From assembly GCA_040752415.1 (NCBI GenBank), contig JBFMGU010000047.1, forward strand, positions 1 to 49,955: a stretch of DNA of 49,955 nt. Reading direction: 5' to 3'. Below, in pieces: positions 11,101 through 20,518 of the stretch. The notes beneath the pieces were generated by a model. It worked only from the letters and a program-made list of their open reading frames with translations. It did not search any database and was not told where the DNA came from. Origin of the DNA: Myxococcota bacterium (GTDB taxonomy: Bacteria; Myxococcota; JACRCW01). The number at the start of each line of letters is the position of its first letter. Positions within the stretch are counted from its first letter, which is position 1. A program made the translations under genes and the position numbers.

Positions 11101-12456
11101 TCAGGGTGAGGCCGCCTTGTCCTCCAGCGCCGTCGGGGGCGGCGTCTCGCGTCGGGCCTCCGTCGTCGTCACCTCCACCTGCTTGATGCGACGCTCCGTC
11201 CGCGCCGTCACCCGCCAGGTGGCGCCATACGCCTGGTACTTGGCTCCCGGCGGCGGAATCTCCTTGGCCACCGTCAGCACCAGCCCGGCCACGGTGTCCG
11301 CGTCCACGTCGTCGGGAATGCGCAGGCCGCTCACCCGCCGCAGGTCCCGCAGCGGCGTCATGCCCGCCACCAGCCACCGGCCCGAGCCCTGACGCTTGAT
11401 GAGCTCCGGCACCGGCTCACCCTCGCCGTAGAACTCACCCACCAGCTCCTCGAAGAGATCCTCCAAGGTCACCAGTCCCACCATCCCGCCGTGCTCGTCG
11501 ACGACGATGGCCAGCCGCTGCCGCTTCTCCTGCAGGAGCTTGAGGATGTCCGGGGCGCGCGTGGTCTCCGGGATGAAGAGCACCGGGCGGATGATGTCAT
11601 GCAGGACAATGAGGCCCTCTTGCCAGTTCATGGTGAGGATGTCCTTGGCGGTCACATAGCCCACCACGTGGTCCGGCGTTCCGTCGACAACCGGCATCCG
11701 GTGGTGCCCCTCCTCCATGAACACCCGACGCACCTCCTCGGGCGTGGCGCGCACGTCAATGGTGATCACGCGGTTGCGGGGCACGCAGACCTCACTGGCG
11801 GTGAGGGTGCTGAACTCCAGGGCGCGCGCGGCAATGTCGCCGCTTCGGGGGTCCACCGCCCCGGTGCGGGACGCCTCCTGGATGAGCACCTGCAGCTCCT
11901 CCGCGTTGACGCGCGACTCCACGAAGCTGGTGCGGTCTCCAAAGGGCTTGAGCAGGAGGTTGCTGGTGGTGGTGAGCACCCAGACCAGCGGTCGACCGAT
12001 TTGGGCCAGGATCTGCAGCGGCCGCGCCATCCACAGCGCCAGCGGCTCGGCGAAGCGCAGAGCCATGCTCTTGGGCATCAGCTCACCCATCACCAGGCTC
12101 ACGAACGAGATGCCCACCACGACGACGCCGAGGGAAACCGTGTCGGCGCTCTGGGCCGCGGTGGCGGAGGGCAGGGCCTCCAGCAGGGGCCGGATCACGC
12201 GGCTCAGCTCCGCGCTGACCTTCTGACCGCCCAACGCCGCGGCCAGGGCGCTCAACGCCGTCACGCCCACCTGGACCGTGGCAAGGAGGCGCTCCGGCTG
12301 GCGACGCATCTCCAGGACCAGGGCGGCGCTGGAGCTTCCCTCCTCCGCCAGGTGCTTCAGCCGACTGGCGCGAGCGGAAACCAGGGCAATCTCCGCGGCG
12401 GCGAAGATCCCGTTGGCCAGGATGAGGATGAGGATCAGCAGCAGGTCCGCCAGCAC
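11101..12456 (-). CDS. CNNM/hemolysin family transporter (DUF21, CBS pair, CorC)
   Basis: ANGIFAAAEIALVS, GELMPK, VVDEHGGMVGLVTLEDLFEELVGE. GTG at 12456 preceded by AGGAGGT. Confidence 0.92.
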   Translation of the reverse strand: MLADLLLILILILANGIFAAAEIALVSARASRLKHLAEEGSSSAALVLEMRRQPERLLATVQVGVTALSALAAALGGQKVSAELSRVIRPLLEALPSATAAQSADTVSLGVVVVGISFVSLVMGELMPKSMALRFAEPLALWMARPLQILAQIGRPLVWVLTTTSNLLLKPFGDRTSFVESRVNAEELQVLIQEASRTGAVDPRSGDIAARALEFSTLTASEVCVPRNRVITIDVRATPEEVRRVFMEEGHHRMPVVDGTPDHVVGYVTAKDILTMNWQEGLIVLHDIIRPVLFIPETTRAPDILKLLQEKRQRLAIVVDEHGGMVGLVTLEDLFEELVGEFYGEGEPVPELIKRQGSGRWLVAGMTPLRDLRRVSGLRIPDDVDADTVAGLVLTVAKEIPPPGAKYQAYGATWRVTARTERRIKQVEVTTTEARRETPPPTALEDKAASP

Positions 12457-12635
12457 GGGGGGAACTGACCTCCTGCCACCGGTGTGGGGCGGGGGAAGAC
12501 CCCAACAATGTGAGGCGTCGGTGGGCACCACGCAAGCACCGTCCACGCTGAAGGTGACGGGTTGGGCAAGCTTGTGGTTGCGCGAGGTGGGACCCTCTGC
12601 TAGCTAGCACGCCCCCTGCAGTCAGGCAGGCTGTT

Positions 12636-12725
12636 GGAGAGATGGCCGAGTCTGGTCGAAGGCGCCTGACTCGAAATCAGGTATACCGCAAGGTATCGGG
12701 GGTTCGAATCCCTCTCTCTCCGCCA
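12636..12725 (+). tRNA. tRNA-Ser (anticodon CGA)
   Basis: GGAGAGA acceptor stem, anticodon arm cctga-ctCGAaa-tcagg, long variable arm, GGTTCGAATCC, encoded CCA. Confidence 0.96.
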
Positions 12726-12773
12726 CGTCGTCATGGAAGTGTTGTTGGTGTTGGAATGTGAGGTGTGTGAAAC

Positions 12774-12861
12774 GGAGAGATGACCGAGAGGCCGAAGGTG
12801 CACGACTGGAAATCGTGTGTACGGAAACGTACCGAGGGTTCGAATCCCTCTCTCTCCGCCA
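12774..12861 (+). tRNA. tRNA-Ser (anticodon GGA)
   Basis: Anticodon arm cacga-ctGGAaa-tcgtg, long variable arm, T-arm GGTTCGAATCC, encoded CCA. Confidence 0.96.
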
Positions 12862-12889
12862 AGCAGTAAGCGCTCGCAGTTCAGGGCGC

Positions 12890-12985
12890 GTGTGACCGCC
12901 GCGCAACTGCAACGTCCGAACCCCGCCAGGCCCGGAAGGGAGCAACGGTAGGACCCATTGCAGTGTGCGCGGCGGTCTTCCTTTT
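12890..12985 (+). ncRNA. ffs: Signal recognition particle 4.5S RNA (ends approximate)
   Basis: Domain IV motif gccaggcccGGAAgggagcaac, closing stem gaccgccgcgca/tgcgcggcggtc, and the common tRNA-Ser/ffs/dnaX gene order. Confidence 0.92.
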
Positions 12986-13100
12986 TCAGCGCCGCATTTT
13001 GCGAGGTGGTGATCCCGGATCACCCGTGGATTGCGGATGAACCGCATGGCCGTGCGCGGGTAGTGTCCCCGGTCCGCTGGTGCGGCTGGAGGGATCGCTC

Positions 13101-14939
13101 ATGACCTACGTCGTTCTCGCCCGGAAATGGCGACCGCAGAACTTTGAAGACGTCATTGGCCAGCAGCACGTGGTGCAGACGCTGCACAACGCCATTGCGT
13201 CGGGGCGGGTGGCGCACGCGTTCCTGTTCACCGGGGCCCGCGGCGTGGGCAAGACCACCGCGGCGCGCCTGCTCGCCAAAGCGCTGTGCTGCCAGGAGGG
13301 CGGTCCGCGGCCGGAGCCGTGCAACCAGTGTGCGGCGTGCCAGGAGATCACCGCGGGCAACAGCGTGGACGTCCTCGAGATCGACGGTGCGTCCAACACC
13401 GGCGTGGACGACGTGCGGGAGCTGCGGGAGAGCGCGCGGTACCTGCCGCAGCGGCTCCGGCTCAAGATCTTCATCATTGACGAGGTGCACATGCTCTCGG
13501 TCAGCGCCTTCAACGCGCTGCTGAAGCTGCTGGAGGAGCCTCCGCCGCACCTCAAGTTCATCTTTGCCACCACCGAGCCGCACAAGATCCCCATCACCAT
13601 CCTCAGCCGCTGCCAGCGCTACGACTTCAAGCGCATTCCCAACGTCGTCATGGCGCAGCGGCTCCATGGGATCTGCAAGGAGGAGGGGATCGAGGTGGCG
13701 CCCGACGCCCTGGACGTCATCTGCCGTGCCGCCGAGGGTGGCATGCGCGACGCGCTGTCCCTGCTGGACCAGGTGATCAGCTTCGTGGGGCAGGGGCAGA
13801 CCATCACGGCGCAGGCGTGCGTGGAGTCCTTGGGGATCATTGACCGCAGGACCGTGGTGGCGCTCACGGAGGCGCTCCTGGCGCGGGATTCCCAGCGGGC
13901 GCTCTCGCTGGTGCGGGAGGCCAGCAACCGCGGGTTCGACCTCAAGGAGCTGGGGCAGAACCTGCTGGCGGAGCTGCGGAACCTCACCGTGGCGCAGGTG
14001 GCGCCGGATCCGGCGGCCCTGGTGGACCTGCCTGCCGTCGAGGTCGACGCGCTGGTGGCGCGCGCCAAGGGCGTCACCGCCGAGGAGCTGCACCGGCTGT
14101 TCAACACGTTTGTGCAGCGGTTGGAGACGCTCAGCAAGAGCAGCGAGCCGTTGCTGGGAATGGAGATGTCGGTGATGGCGCTGTGCCTCACGCCGCCGGC
14201 GGCGTCGCTGCAGCAGGTGGCGGACCTGGTGGCCAGGTTGGAGGCCGCGGCGGGTGGGGCGCCGATTGCGCCGTTGCCCGCGAGCGGGAATGGCGCGCCG
14301 ACGACGGGGAAGGCAGGCGCGGGGACGACGATGGCGTCCGCGGCTGGGGCGGTGACCGTGGAGACACCGAAGCCCACCGCGCCGCCGCCGCCCGCACCCA
14401 CGACGACACCTGCATCCACGACGACGGCTGCGCCCCCGACGACGCCCGCCCCTACGACGACACAAGCGCCCACGACGAAGCCGGTGGAAGCAGCACCTGC
14501 GCCGGCCCCTGCTCCGACGGTGAAGGTCAGTGTTCCGGCGGGTGTGGACCCGAAGTGGGTGAAGATCCTCGAGCGGCTTCAGGGAGAGCGGCCGGCCCTG
14601 GTCTCCTTCCTCGACATGGCGCGGGTGAAGATCGACGACACACGCGTGTCCATCCACTGCATGCAGAACTTCTACCTGGAAGCGCTGCGTGAGGCCGCCA
14701 ACGAGAAGGCGCTGGGAGAGGCCGTCAGGGCCGTGCTGGGGGCCAATGCCGCCGTCGAGGTGCGCGGCCCCTCCGACGCGCCGGTGGATGGAACCAGCGT
14801 GGCGGAGATGCGTGAGAAGGAACGCCAGGAGCGTGAGGCGTGGCGCCTGCAGCAGGTGAAGGAGAATCCCGCCGTGAAGCTCGCCGTGGAGATCTTTGGT
14901 GGGAAGATCCGCGAGGTGCGGCCGCTCGGCGAGGCGTGA
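13101..14939 (+). CDS. dnaX: DNA polymerase III subunit gamma/tau
   Basis: LARKWRPQ, GARGVGKT, Zn-binding PCNQCAAC, EIDGASNTGVD, DEVHML, SRC and GGMRDA. Pro/Thr-rich linker before the C-terminal domain. Confidence 0.97.
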   Translation: MTYVVLARKWRPQNFEDVIGQQHVVQTLHNAIASGRVAHAFLFTGARGVGKTTAARLLAKALCCQEGGPRPEPCNQCAACQEITAGNSVDVLEIDGASNTGVDDVRELRESARYLPQRLRLKIFIIDEVHMLSVSAFNALLKLLEEPPPHLKFIFATTEPHKIPITILSRCQRYDFKRIPNVVMAQRLHGICKEEGIEVAPDALDVICRAAEGGMRDALSLLDQVISFVGQGQTITAQACVESLGIIDRRTVVALTEALLARDSQRALSLVREASNRGFDLKELGQNLLAELRNLTVAQVAPDPAALVDLPAVEVDALVARAKGVTAEELHRLFNTFVQRLETLSKSSEPLLGMEMSVMALCLTPPAASLQQVADLVARLEAAAGGAPIAPLPASGNGAPTTGKAGAGTTMASAAGAVTVETPKPTAPPPPAPTTTPASTTTAAPPTTPAPTTTQAPTTKPVEAAPAPAPAPTVKVSVPAGVDPKWVKILERLQGERPALVSFLDMARVKIDDTRVSIHCMQNFYLEALREAANEKALGEAVRAVLGANAAVEVRGPSDAPVDGTSVAEMREKERQEREAWRLQQVKENPAVKLAVEIFGGKIREVRPLGEA

Positions 14940-14945
14940 GGCCCC

Positions 14946-15236
14946 GGGGCTGCGTCAGAACAAGATGCCCAGTGGGGTTGAGACGTCGTGAGCGGACCAC
15001 GACCTGGAGTGCGGCGGGCCCTCGCCGCCCTGGTCGGCGCCGAGCGCGTTCACAACGGGCCAAACAGCCCTGGGGCTTATGACGTCGGGCGAGGCTCTGC
15101 CTCGTGGCGCTTGGACCCTTGACGGTTGTCCAAACCGCTCGACGCTGACCAGGGCGGCGAGGGCCCGCCGCACTCCAGGTCGTGGTCCGCTTGAGGCGGT
15201 CAGGACCAGATGGGCAACTTACTTTGACGCAGCCCC
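14946..15236. mobile_element. Non-autonomous palindromic element (MITE/REPIN-like) with terminal inverted repeats
   Basis: Terminal IR ggggctgcgtca/tgacgcagcccc (12 bp perfect, about 30 bp imperfect). Inner arms 14991-15046 and 15136-15191 (56 bp, 2 mismatches) carry GGAGTGCGGCG..CGCCGC. Fills almost the whole gap between two convergent stop codons. Confidence 0.7.
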
Positions 15237-16946
15237 TCAATTCGGCACGTCGGCCATGACGTGGTCGAAGATGAGGTTGCGCACTTCGATTCGCGTGAAC
15301 TTGCGACGCATGCCCCTCAGCGCGCGCGCAGTGAGGCCCGCATCCCCGACGTCATCACTCGCCGCGCGCTGGTAGGCCGCCCTGGCCTCGGCACGGCGAC
15401 CGCGCAGGTCCAGCGCACGGCCCAGCATCAGCGCGCTCAGGTGACGACGGTACGGCGTGGGCTCCTGGGACTCGCTCTGTGCGAAGGCTGTGGTGGCGGA
15501 CTCATGGTCGCCCAGCTTCAGGTCCATCACGCCGCGGGAGAACGCGTAGATGGGCTCCGTGGGATCCGTCTGCCACGCGTGCTGGAAGTGCGCCGCAGCG
15601 CCATTGACGTTCCACCGCACGAAGCTGGCGCGCACACCTCGCACAAAGCTCTGCAGCGCCGCCCGACGCGCCCGATAGGGCCCATCCGACCACGCCGTGC
15701 GCAGGTCCTCCCGACGCTCCACCCGTCCCTCCATCAGCGACGAGAGCCGGAAGCCCGCATAGTGATCCCCGTTGTTGGCAGGCCACCCGCCCAGCGCCAC
15801 GTACACGGCGTCACGCTGCGGTGAGACCACCCACGACGACGCATTGTGCGGCGCGCTGATCGACCGACCCACGGCGCGTTCCTGCCCCTGCGGGCCGTGA
15901 TCCCCGAGGAGCAGCGCCATGGCCTGCTCATCCCAGTGACCGCGCAACGTCGTGGCCTGGTCCGCCAGTCGACGCAGGCGCCAGTCATTGTGCTCCTTCC
16001 ACGCGCCGGACAGGTGGTACTCGCGCGCCTGCCGCGCCGGCGTTGTGTAGCAGTTGGAGCCAGGGAGCGTGCACTGGTCCATGGATCTCGTCGCCACGCC
16101 GTGGTGATCCACTTCCATGGCCCACGCGCGACCCGTCCTCGCGCACGACACGATGAAGCACCACCCCGCCGCCGAACGACCCGCCATGAGCAGCTCCCGC
16201 GCCTCCTCCAACGTGCGCGCGTGCTCAATCACCTGCCGAGCCTGCGCCAACACGCCGCGTCCCAACGGCGAGCCCGCCGTGGTGAAATGCTGGTGGACCC
16301 CGAGTGTGATGCCCGCTTCATTGGTGCCGGTGACGCCGGGCATGAACGCGGTGGCGTGATGGACGGAGACGTGCCGCAGGCCATCCTTCGGGTGATGCGC
16401 GACGAGGAGCGGCGGGGCGGGCTCGTCGGTGGGCAGCGGGAGGTCGAAGTTGCGACCGTGGATGAGTCCGCCATGCGGCGTGGCATCACCGGAAGCCACC
16501 AGCGTGGAGCATCCCGCCGTCGAGCGGGGCATGTGCGCGCTGATGGGCAGCGATCCCAGCACCGCGAGGCCGTCGAGGCCCACGTGCAGACGGATGGACC
16601 TTCCCGGGCGGATGCGTTGACCGGCGGCGCGCTCCAGCGCTTCCGCGGCGTCGCCTGTCTCGTCGTCAGCGCAGCGCGCCAGGGCCGCCAGCACCGTGCG
16701 CTCCAGCGTTGCCACCAGACCGCGCAACACCACGTCCGGCGCGCCCGGCATCCGCTCCCGCACCATGATCGGGAAGAACTGCTGCCAATACTCGAACTCC
16801 GCCGGCGCGTGGGGATCCTGCGCCAGGTACTCCCCGAGCTGCGCCGCACGCTCCGCGCACGTGCCCCGGACGGTGACCAGTCGGATTCCCGCGCCCGACG
16901 ACACCCGCTCGGAGCGGCCCGCTGATTGCATTTCGCTCGCGACCAT
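15237..16946 (-). CDS. C45 family Ntn-hydrolase/acyltransferase with C-terminal TPR-like helices (start uncertain, 16946 or 16931)
   Basis: GCSTLV nucleophile motif, HGRNFD and GTNEAGI. C-terminal helices AAAHFQHAW, ATTAFAQS and LGRALDLRGRRAEARAAYQRA. Confidence 0.8.
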   Translation of the reverse strand: MVASEMQSAGRSERVSSGAGIRLVTVRGTCAERAAQLGEYLAQDPHAPAEFEYWQQFFPIMVRERMPGAPDVVLRGLVATLERTVLAALARCADDETGDAAEALERAAGQRIRPGRSIRLHVGLDGLAVLGSLPISAHMPRSTAGCSTLVASGDATPHGGLIHGRNFDLPLPTDEPAPPLLVAHHPKDGLRHVSVHHATAFMPGVTGTNEAGITLGVHQHFTTAGSPLGRGVLAQARQVIEHARTLEEARELLMAGRSAAGWCFIVSCARTGRAWAMEVDHHGVATRSMDQCTLPGSNCYTTPARQAREYHLSGAWKEHNDWRLRRLADQATTLRGHWDEQAMALLLGDHGPQGQERAVGRSISAPHNASSWVVSPQRDAVYVALGGWPANNGDHYAGFRLSSLMEGRVERREDLRTAWSDGPYRARRAALQSFVRGVRASFVRWNVNGAAAHFQHAWQTDPTEPIYAFSRGVMDLKLGDHESATTAFAQSESQEPTPYRRHLSALMLGRALDLRGRRAEARAAYQRAASDDVGDAGLTARALRGMRRKFTRIEVRNLIFDHVMADVPN

Positions 16947-17040
16947 GACGCCTGAGCTACCAGCCCGTGACGGCGGTGGCCAGCGCGCTGCGCAATTCGC
17001 GCACAGTCGCTGCTCAAAGCGGGCAGCACCCGGAGAGCCC

Positions 17041-17895
17041 ATGAACCTGATGGCGGCGTTGAGTGTGGTGGTGGCGTCGCAGATGTCGGTGGATGCGCAG
17101 CAGCAGCTGGAGGTGGCGAAGTTGAAGGGAGAGCGGGAGCGGTTGCGCACGTTCTCGGACGTGGAGCGTCGTCGGGAGATTGACCAGCGGCTGGCCGAGC
17201 TCCGTCGACAACGGCTGGAGACGCTGCGCGCGCCCCAGGTGGATCCGCTCGCGGTGGATCTGCAGCCGGAGGTGGATGAGCTGGATGCGCGGATCCTGGA
17301 GTCACGACGTCGTCAGCAGCACCTGTTGCGGAATGGGAGTTTTGAGGAGCGTCGCCAGGCGCAGGAGGAGGAGGAACGGCTGCAGGCGCAGAAGCTCCAG
17401 CGCGTCTACGTGCAACGCACCGACGGGATTCCGCCGGAGATGCGTCCTGAGCCGGGCGTGCCGTACATCACCGACCACGACGAGATCCTCACCGCGACGA
17501 CGCCAGGGCTCCCCGACGTCAAACGCGAGCTGGATGAATTGCGCGCGCGCCGGGAGCAGCTGCGGAACTGGTCCGACAACGAGGAACGGCAGCGTGTGGA
17601 TGAGCGCGTCGCGTCGTTGCGGAACATCCAGCAGGGCGCGGAGGCCAAGGCGCTCACGGTCTCGCTCGAGGTCTGCGGCAACCTCCCCACGACGTCGAAG
17701 CCGCAGGACGGCCCCCAGGCGATTCCGGTGTTCTCGAGCTGTCGCGCGGATACCACGGCGGTGGTGCCGGTGGCGGTGCGCGCGGAGGAGATCCGGGTGC
17801 GGCTGAAGAAGACGCGCTGGGGTTGGGACAACGTCGACGAGAAACGCGCGCTGGAGGCAGAGCTCAAGGCCCTGGAGGGGCAGTACGTGGAGTGA
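17041..17895 (+). CDS. Hypothetical, probably exported, coiled-coil repeat protein
   Basis: ATG at 17041 after GGAGAG. Short hydrophobic N-terminus, E/R-rich helices, GC3-rich codons. Confidence 0.7.
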   Translation: MNLMAALSVVVASQMSVDAQQQLEVAKLKGERERLRTFSDVERRREIDQRLAELRRQRLETLRAPQVDPLAVDLQPEVDELDARILESRRRQQHLLRNGSFEERRQAQEEEERLQAQKLQRVYVQRTDGIPPEMRPEPGVPYITDHDEILTATTPGLPDVKRELDELRARREQLRNWSDNEERQRVDERVASLRNIQQGAEAKALTVSLEVCGNLPTTSKPQDGPQAIPVFSSCRADTTAVVPVAVRAEEIRVRLKKTRWGWDNVDEKRALEAELKALEGQYVE

Positions 17896-18771
17896 TCACG
17901 GCGGAGGCCGGAAGGCGTTGCGCGGATACTCCGGGAGCTCCTGCAGCATCTTCACCACGCCCATGGACATCTCGCGCACGCGGGGGACCAGGTGCTTGTG
18001 GACGGCGGCCGTGGCGGCGAACAGCCCGTACAGATGCTGCACCGAGCCCTTGTAGTCGAGCGGATTGCCGAAGAGGTCCGTCAGCTCTCCGCCCGCTTCC
18101 GTCAGGATGGCGTGCGGCGCACAGGTGTCCCACAGCGACGTGCGGGAGTTCCCGTTCACGTACGCGTGCACCGTTCCGTTGGCGATGAGACCGATCTTCA
18201 ACCCCACGCTTCCCGACGGAACCTCCTTCACCGGACCCAATCCGCCCAGGATGGCGTCAACCCGCTTGCTGCGATGGGAACGCGAAACCGCGATGGGAAC
18301 GGGATTGGGAATCTCGTCGGAAACGCGCAGCAGCACGCTCTTGCCGCCCACGATCATCTCCGCGCCGCCGCCCTTGGACGCCAGGAACATCACGTCGCCC
18401 AGTGGACGGTAGACCGCGCCCACCACCGGTTCTCCGTCGACACACAGGCCAATCATCGACGCGTACTCGTCGCGGCCGGCCACGAACTCCTTGGTGCCGT
18501 CGAGCGGGTCCACCATCCACACGCGGTGCTGGTTGCGCCACTCGCCGGTGTCGGGGGTTTCCTCGGTGAGGAGCCCGTCGGTGGGGAAGGTGCTCAGGAT
18601 GCCGGCGCGGATGTGGCGGTCGGCTTCCTTGTCGGCGGCGGTGACCGGTCCCTCGTCGTCGGGCTTCTCGGTGAATGCCACGCCCTCCGGGCGACGGTGC
18701 TTGAGCGTGATGTGGCCCGCTTCACGGGCGAGTTGAGCGGCCAGCGCCCGTTCCCTGGAGAAATCCTGCAT
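17896..18771 (-). CDS. cysQ: 3'(2'),5'-bisphosphate nucleotidase / inositol monophosphatase family
   Basis: PVTAAD, LTEE, WMVDPLDGTKEF and WDTCAPHAILTEAGG. Confidence 0.85.
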   Translation of the reverse strand: MQDFSRERALAAQLAREAGHITLKHRRPEGVAFTEKPDDEGPVTAADKEADRHIRAGILSTFPTDGLLTEETPDTGEWRNQHRVWMVDPLDGTKEFVAGRDEYASMIGLCVDGEPVVGAVYRPLGDVMFLASKGGGAEMIVGGKSVLLRVSDEIPNPVPIAVSRSHRSKRVDAILGGLGPVKEVPSGSVGLKIGLIANGTVHAYVNGNSRTSLWDTCAPHAILTEAGGELTDLFGNPLDYKGSVQHLYGLFAATAAVHKHLVPRVREMSMGVVKMLQELPEYPRNAFRPPP

Positions 18772-18813
18772 GGTTCATGGTGTATCGCCCTTGGGCGGGG
18801 ACTGCACACCCCT

Positions 18814-20151
18814 TCACGGCCCCACGTGACGGACCACGTAGACGTTGCCTCGGACCTCGGCCGTGTCGGACACGCCGCTGTCATCCGTGATGTACATGGC
18901 CCCGTCGGGACCCATCCGCGCGTCCACCGGCCGACCCAGCCGCACTCCCTGCGCGTTCTGCCACCCCGTTGCGAAGTTCAGGATCTGGCCCGTGGGCTTT
19001 CCTTCCGCACCATAGGGCAGGGCCACCACCTTGGCGCCCGTCGGCTCCGAGCGGTTCCACGACCCATGGAATCCGACGAACAGCGCGCCCCGGTAGGGCT
19101 CCGGGAACTCGGTGCGCGTGTAGAAGCTGAGGCCCAGCGGCGCGGAGTGCGCCTGCAGCGAAATCGCCGGGACCTCGAAGGAGCGGCAATCCGTTGCGCC
19201 GCAGAACTCGTCGCACTTGTTGGAGTCCAGGCACTCGGGCGCGCCGGTGAGGAAGTCGCGTCCGTCGTCGGTGCGGTTGGGGAAGCACCTGGGCCAGCCG
19301 TGATCACTTCCCGCCGTCACGCGCGCGATGCGCTCGAAGGGCAGGTTGTCGCCGGAGGCGGTGCCGTAGTGGGGCTGGAGCTCGTCGCGCTCGTTGATGC
19401 TGGCGAACAGCTCGCCCGTCGTGGGATGCCACGTGAAGTCCACGGGATTGCGCAGCCCGGCGCCGTAGATCTCCACGCGATCCGTCGGGATGCCGCCCGC
19501 CACGAGCGCGTCGAGCGGTGCGCGGATGATCGCGGCGCGCCAGGGATGGGTCTCCGGTCCCGCGTTGGTCTGACTGCCAATCCCGACGTAGACCCAGCCG
19601 TCCTTCACGCGCGCGGTCCGGGTCCAATGTCCTCCCGTCGGAATGCCCGTGAGGATCACTTCCTTCTCCCCGCCCACCTCGCGACCGCCGCCGGTGCCCG
19701 GGTGAGGAATGCGGGAGACCTTGTCCGCCTCACCCAACCACACGAATCCGTCGGAGAAGTGGATGCCGTGCACGCCGTCCGTCAGCCCGTCGCGGTCGTA
19801 CCGGATGGAGGCGTCCGCCACGCCGTCGTGATCGTCGTCGGGGAGGATCCAGATGCGGTTGAACCAGTCACTGACCCAGAGGTCCCCCGACGGGCTGAAC
19901 GCGATCAGGCGCGGCTTGGCGTTGTCCTGCTCCCAGAAGTGGCTGATGCAGAAGCCGGGTGGCAGGCGCAGCGTCAGCGGCGGCGCGCGTCCTCCGTCGC
20001 AGGTGGGGGCGTCCACCAGCTCGCCCTCGCCCGGCAGGAGCACGGGTGGCTGACATTCCGTGACACGCGAGGGGTCCGTCAGCGACGTCACCTCGGGCGG
20101 CGTGGGAGGCGTGCAGGCAAAGAGAATCAGGAGCGTGGCAAGGCGCTTCAT
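18814..20151 (-). CDS. PQQ-dependent sugar/sorbosone dehydrogenase-family beta-propeller lipoprotein
   Basis: Lipobox LILFAC. GGHWTR, GLRNPV, NERD, AHSAPLG, HGSWNRS, GRPVD and DGAMYITDD. Confidence 0.88.
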   Translation of the reverse strand: MKRLATLLILFACTPPTPPEVTSLTDPSRVTECQPPVLLPGEGELVDAPTCDGGRAPPLTLRLPPGFCISHFWEQDNAKPRLIAFSPSGDLWVSDWFNRIWILPDDDHDGVADASIRYDRDGLTDGVHGIHFSDGFVWLGEADKVSRIPHPGTGGGREVGGEKEVILTGIPTGGHWTRTARVKDGWVYVGIGSQTNAGPETHPWRAAIIRAPLDALVAGGIPTDRVEIYGAGLRNPVDFTWHPTTGELFASINERDELQPHYGTASGDNLPFERIARVTAGSDHGWPRCFPNRTDDGRDFLTGAPECLDSNKCDEFCGATDCRSFEVPAISLQAHSAPLGLSFYTRTEFPEPYRGALFVGFHGSWNRSEPTGAKVVALPYGAEGKPTGQILNFATGWQNAQGVRLGRPVDARMGPDGAMYITDDSGVSDTAEVRGNVYVVRHVGP

Positions 20152-20176
20152 GCCTCCATGAAAACACACCCCCAGG

Positions 20177-20518
20177 TCACCGGCCACGTCGCGCGTCGGG
20201 GCGGTCCACGTGCAGCAGCCCGGTCACGGGGCGCGCGCCCACCACGTGCTCGTCAATGATCCGGGCCATCCCATCGGGCGTGACGAGGTCATAGGCCACG
20301 CCTCCGTCGGGGGCGCGGGCGGATTCCGGGACGTTGCCGGGGACGTGGTGGACGCTGACGTGCGGTCCGTGTTGGCAGAGGTCCAGGCACTTCACGACGT
20401 GGACCTCACCGCGGACACCATGCTGCCTGAGACGTTCCCGCGCCACCTGGGCCAGCGGCTCGGCGCCGGCGCCACCGCTGCACTGCACACTGCCGCAGAT
20501 GAGGATGACCGCGGGCAT
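20177..20518 (-). CDS. Thioredoxin-like [2Fe-2S] ferredoxin
   Basis: ICGSVQC...CLDLCQHGP...IIDEHV. Start overlaps the kinase stop. Confidence 0.82.
   Translation of the reverse strand: MPAVILICGSVQCSGGAGAEPLAQVARERLRQHGVRGEVHVVKCLDLCQHGPHVSVHHVPGNVPESARAPDGGVAYDLVTPDGMARIIDEHVVGARPVTGLLHVDRPDARRGR

Noticed and set aside
12700..12861. Duplicated ggttcgaatccctctctctccgcca as a possible att site
   Set aside because: Both copies are the 3' ends of complete tRNA-Ser genes. No integrase or third copy was seen.
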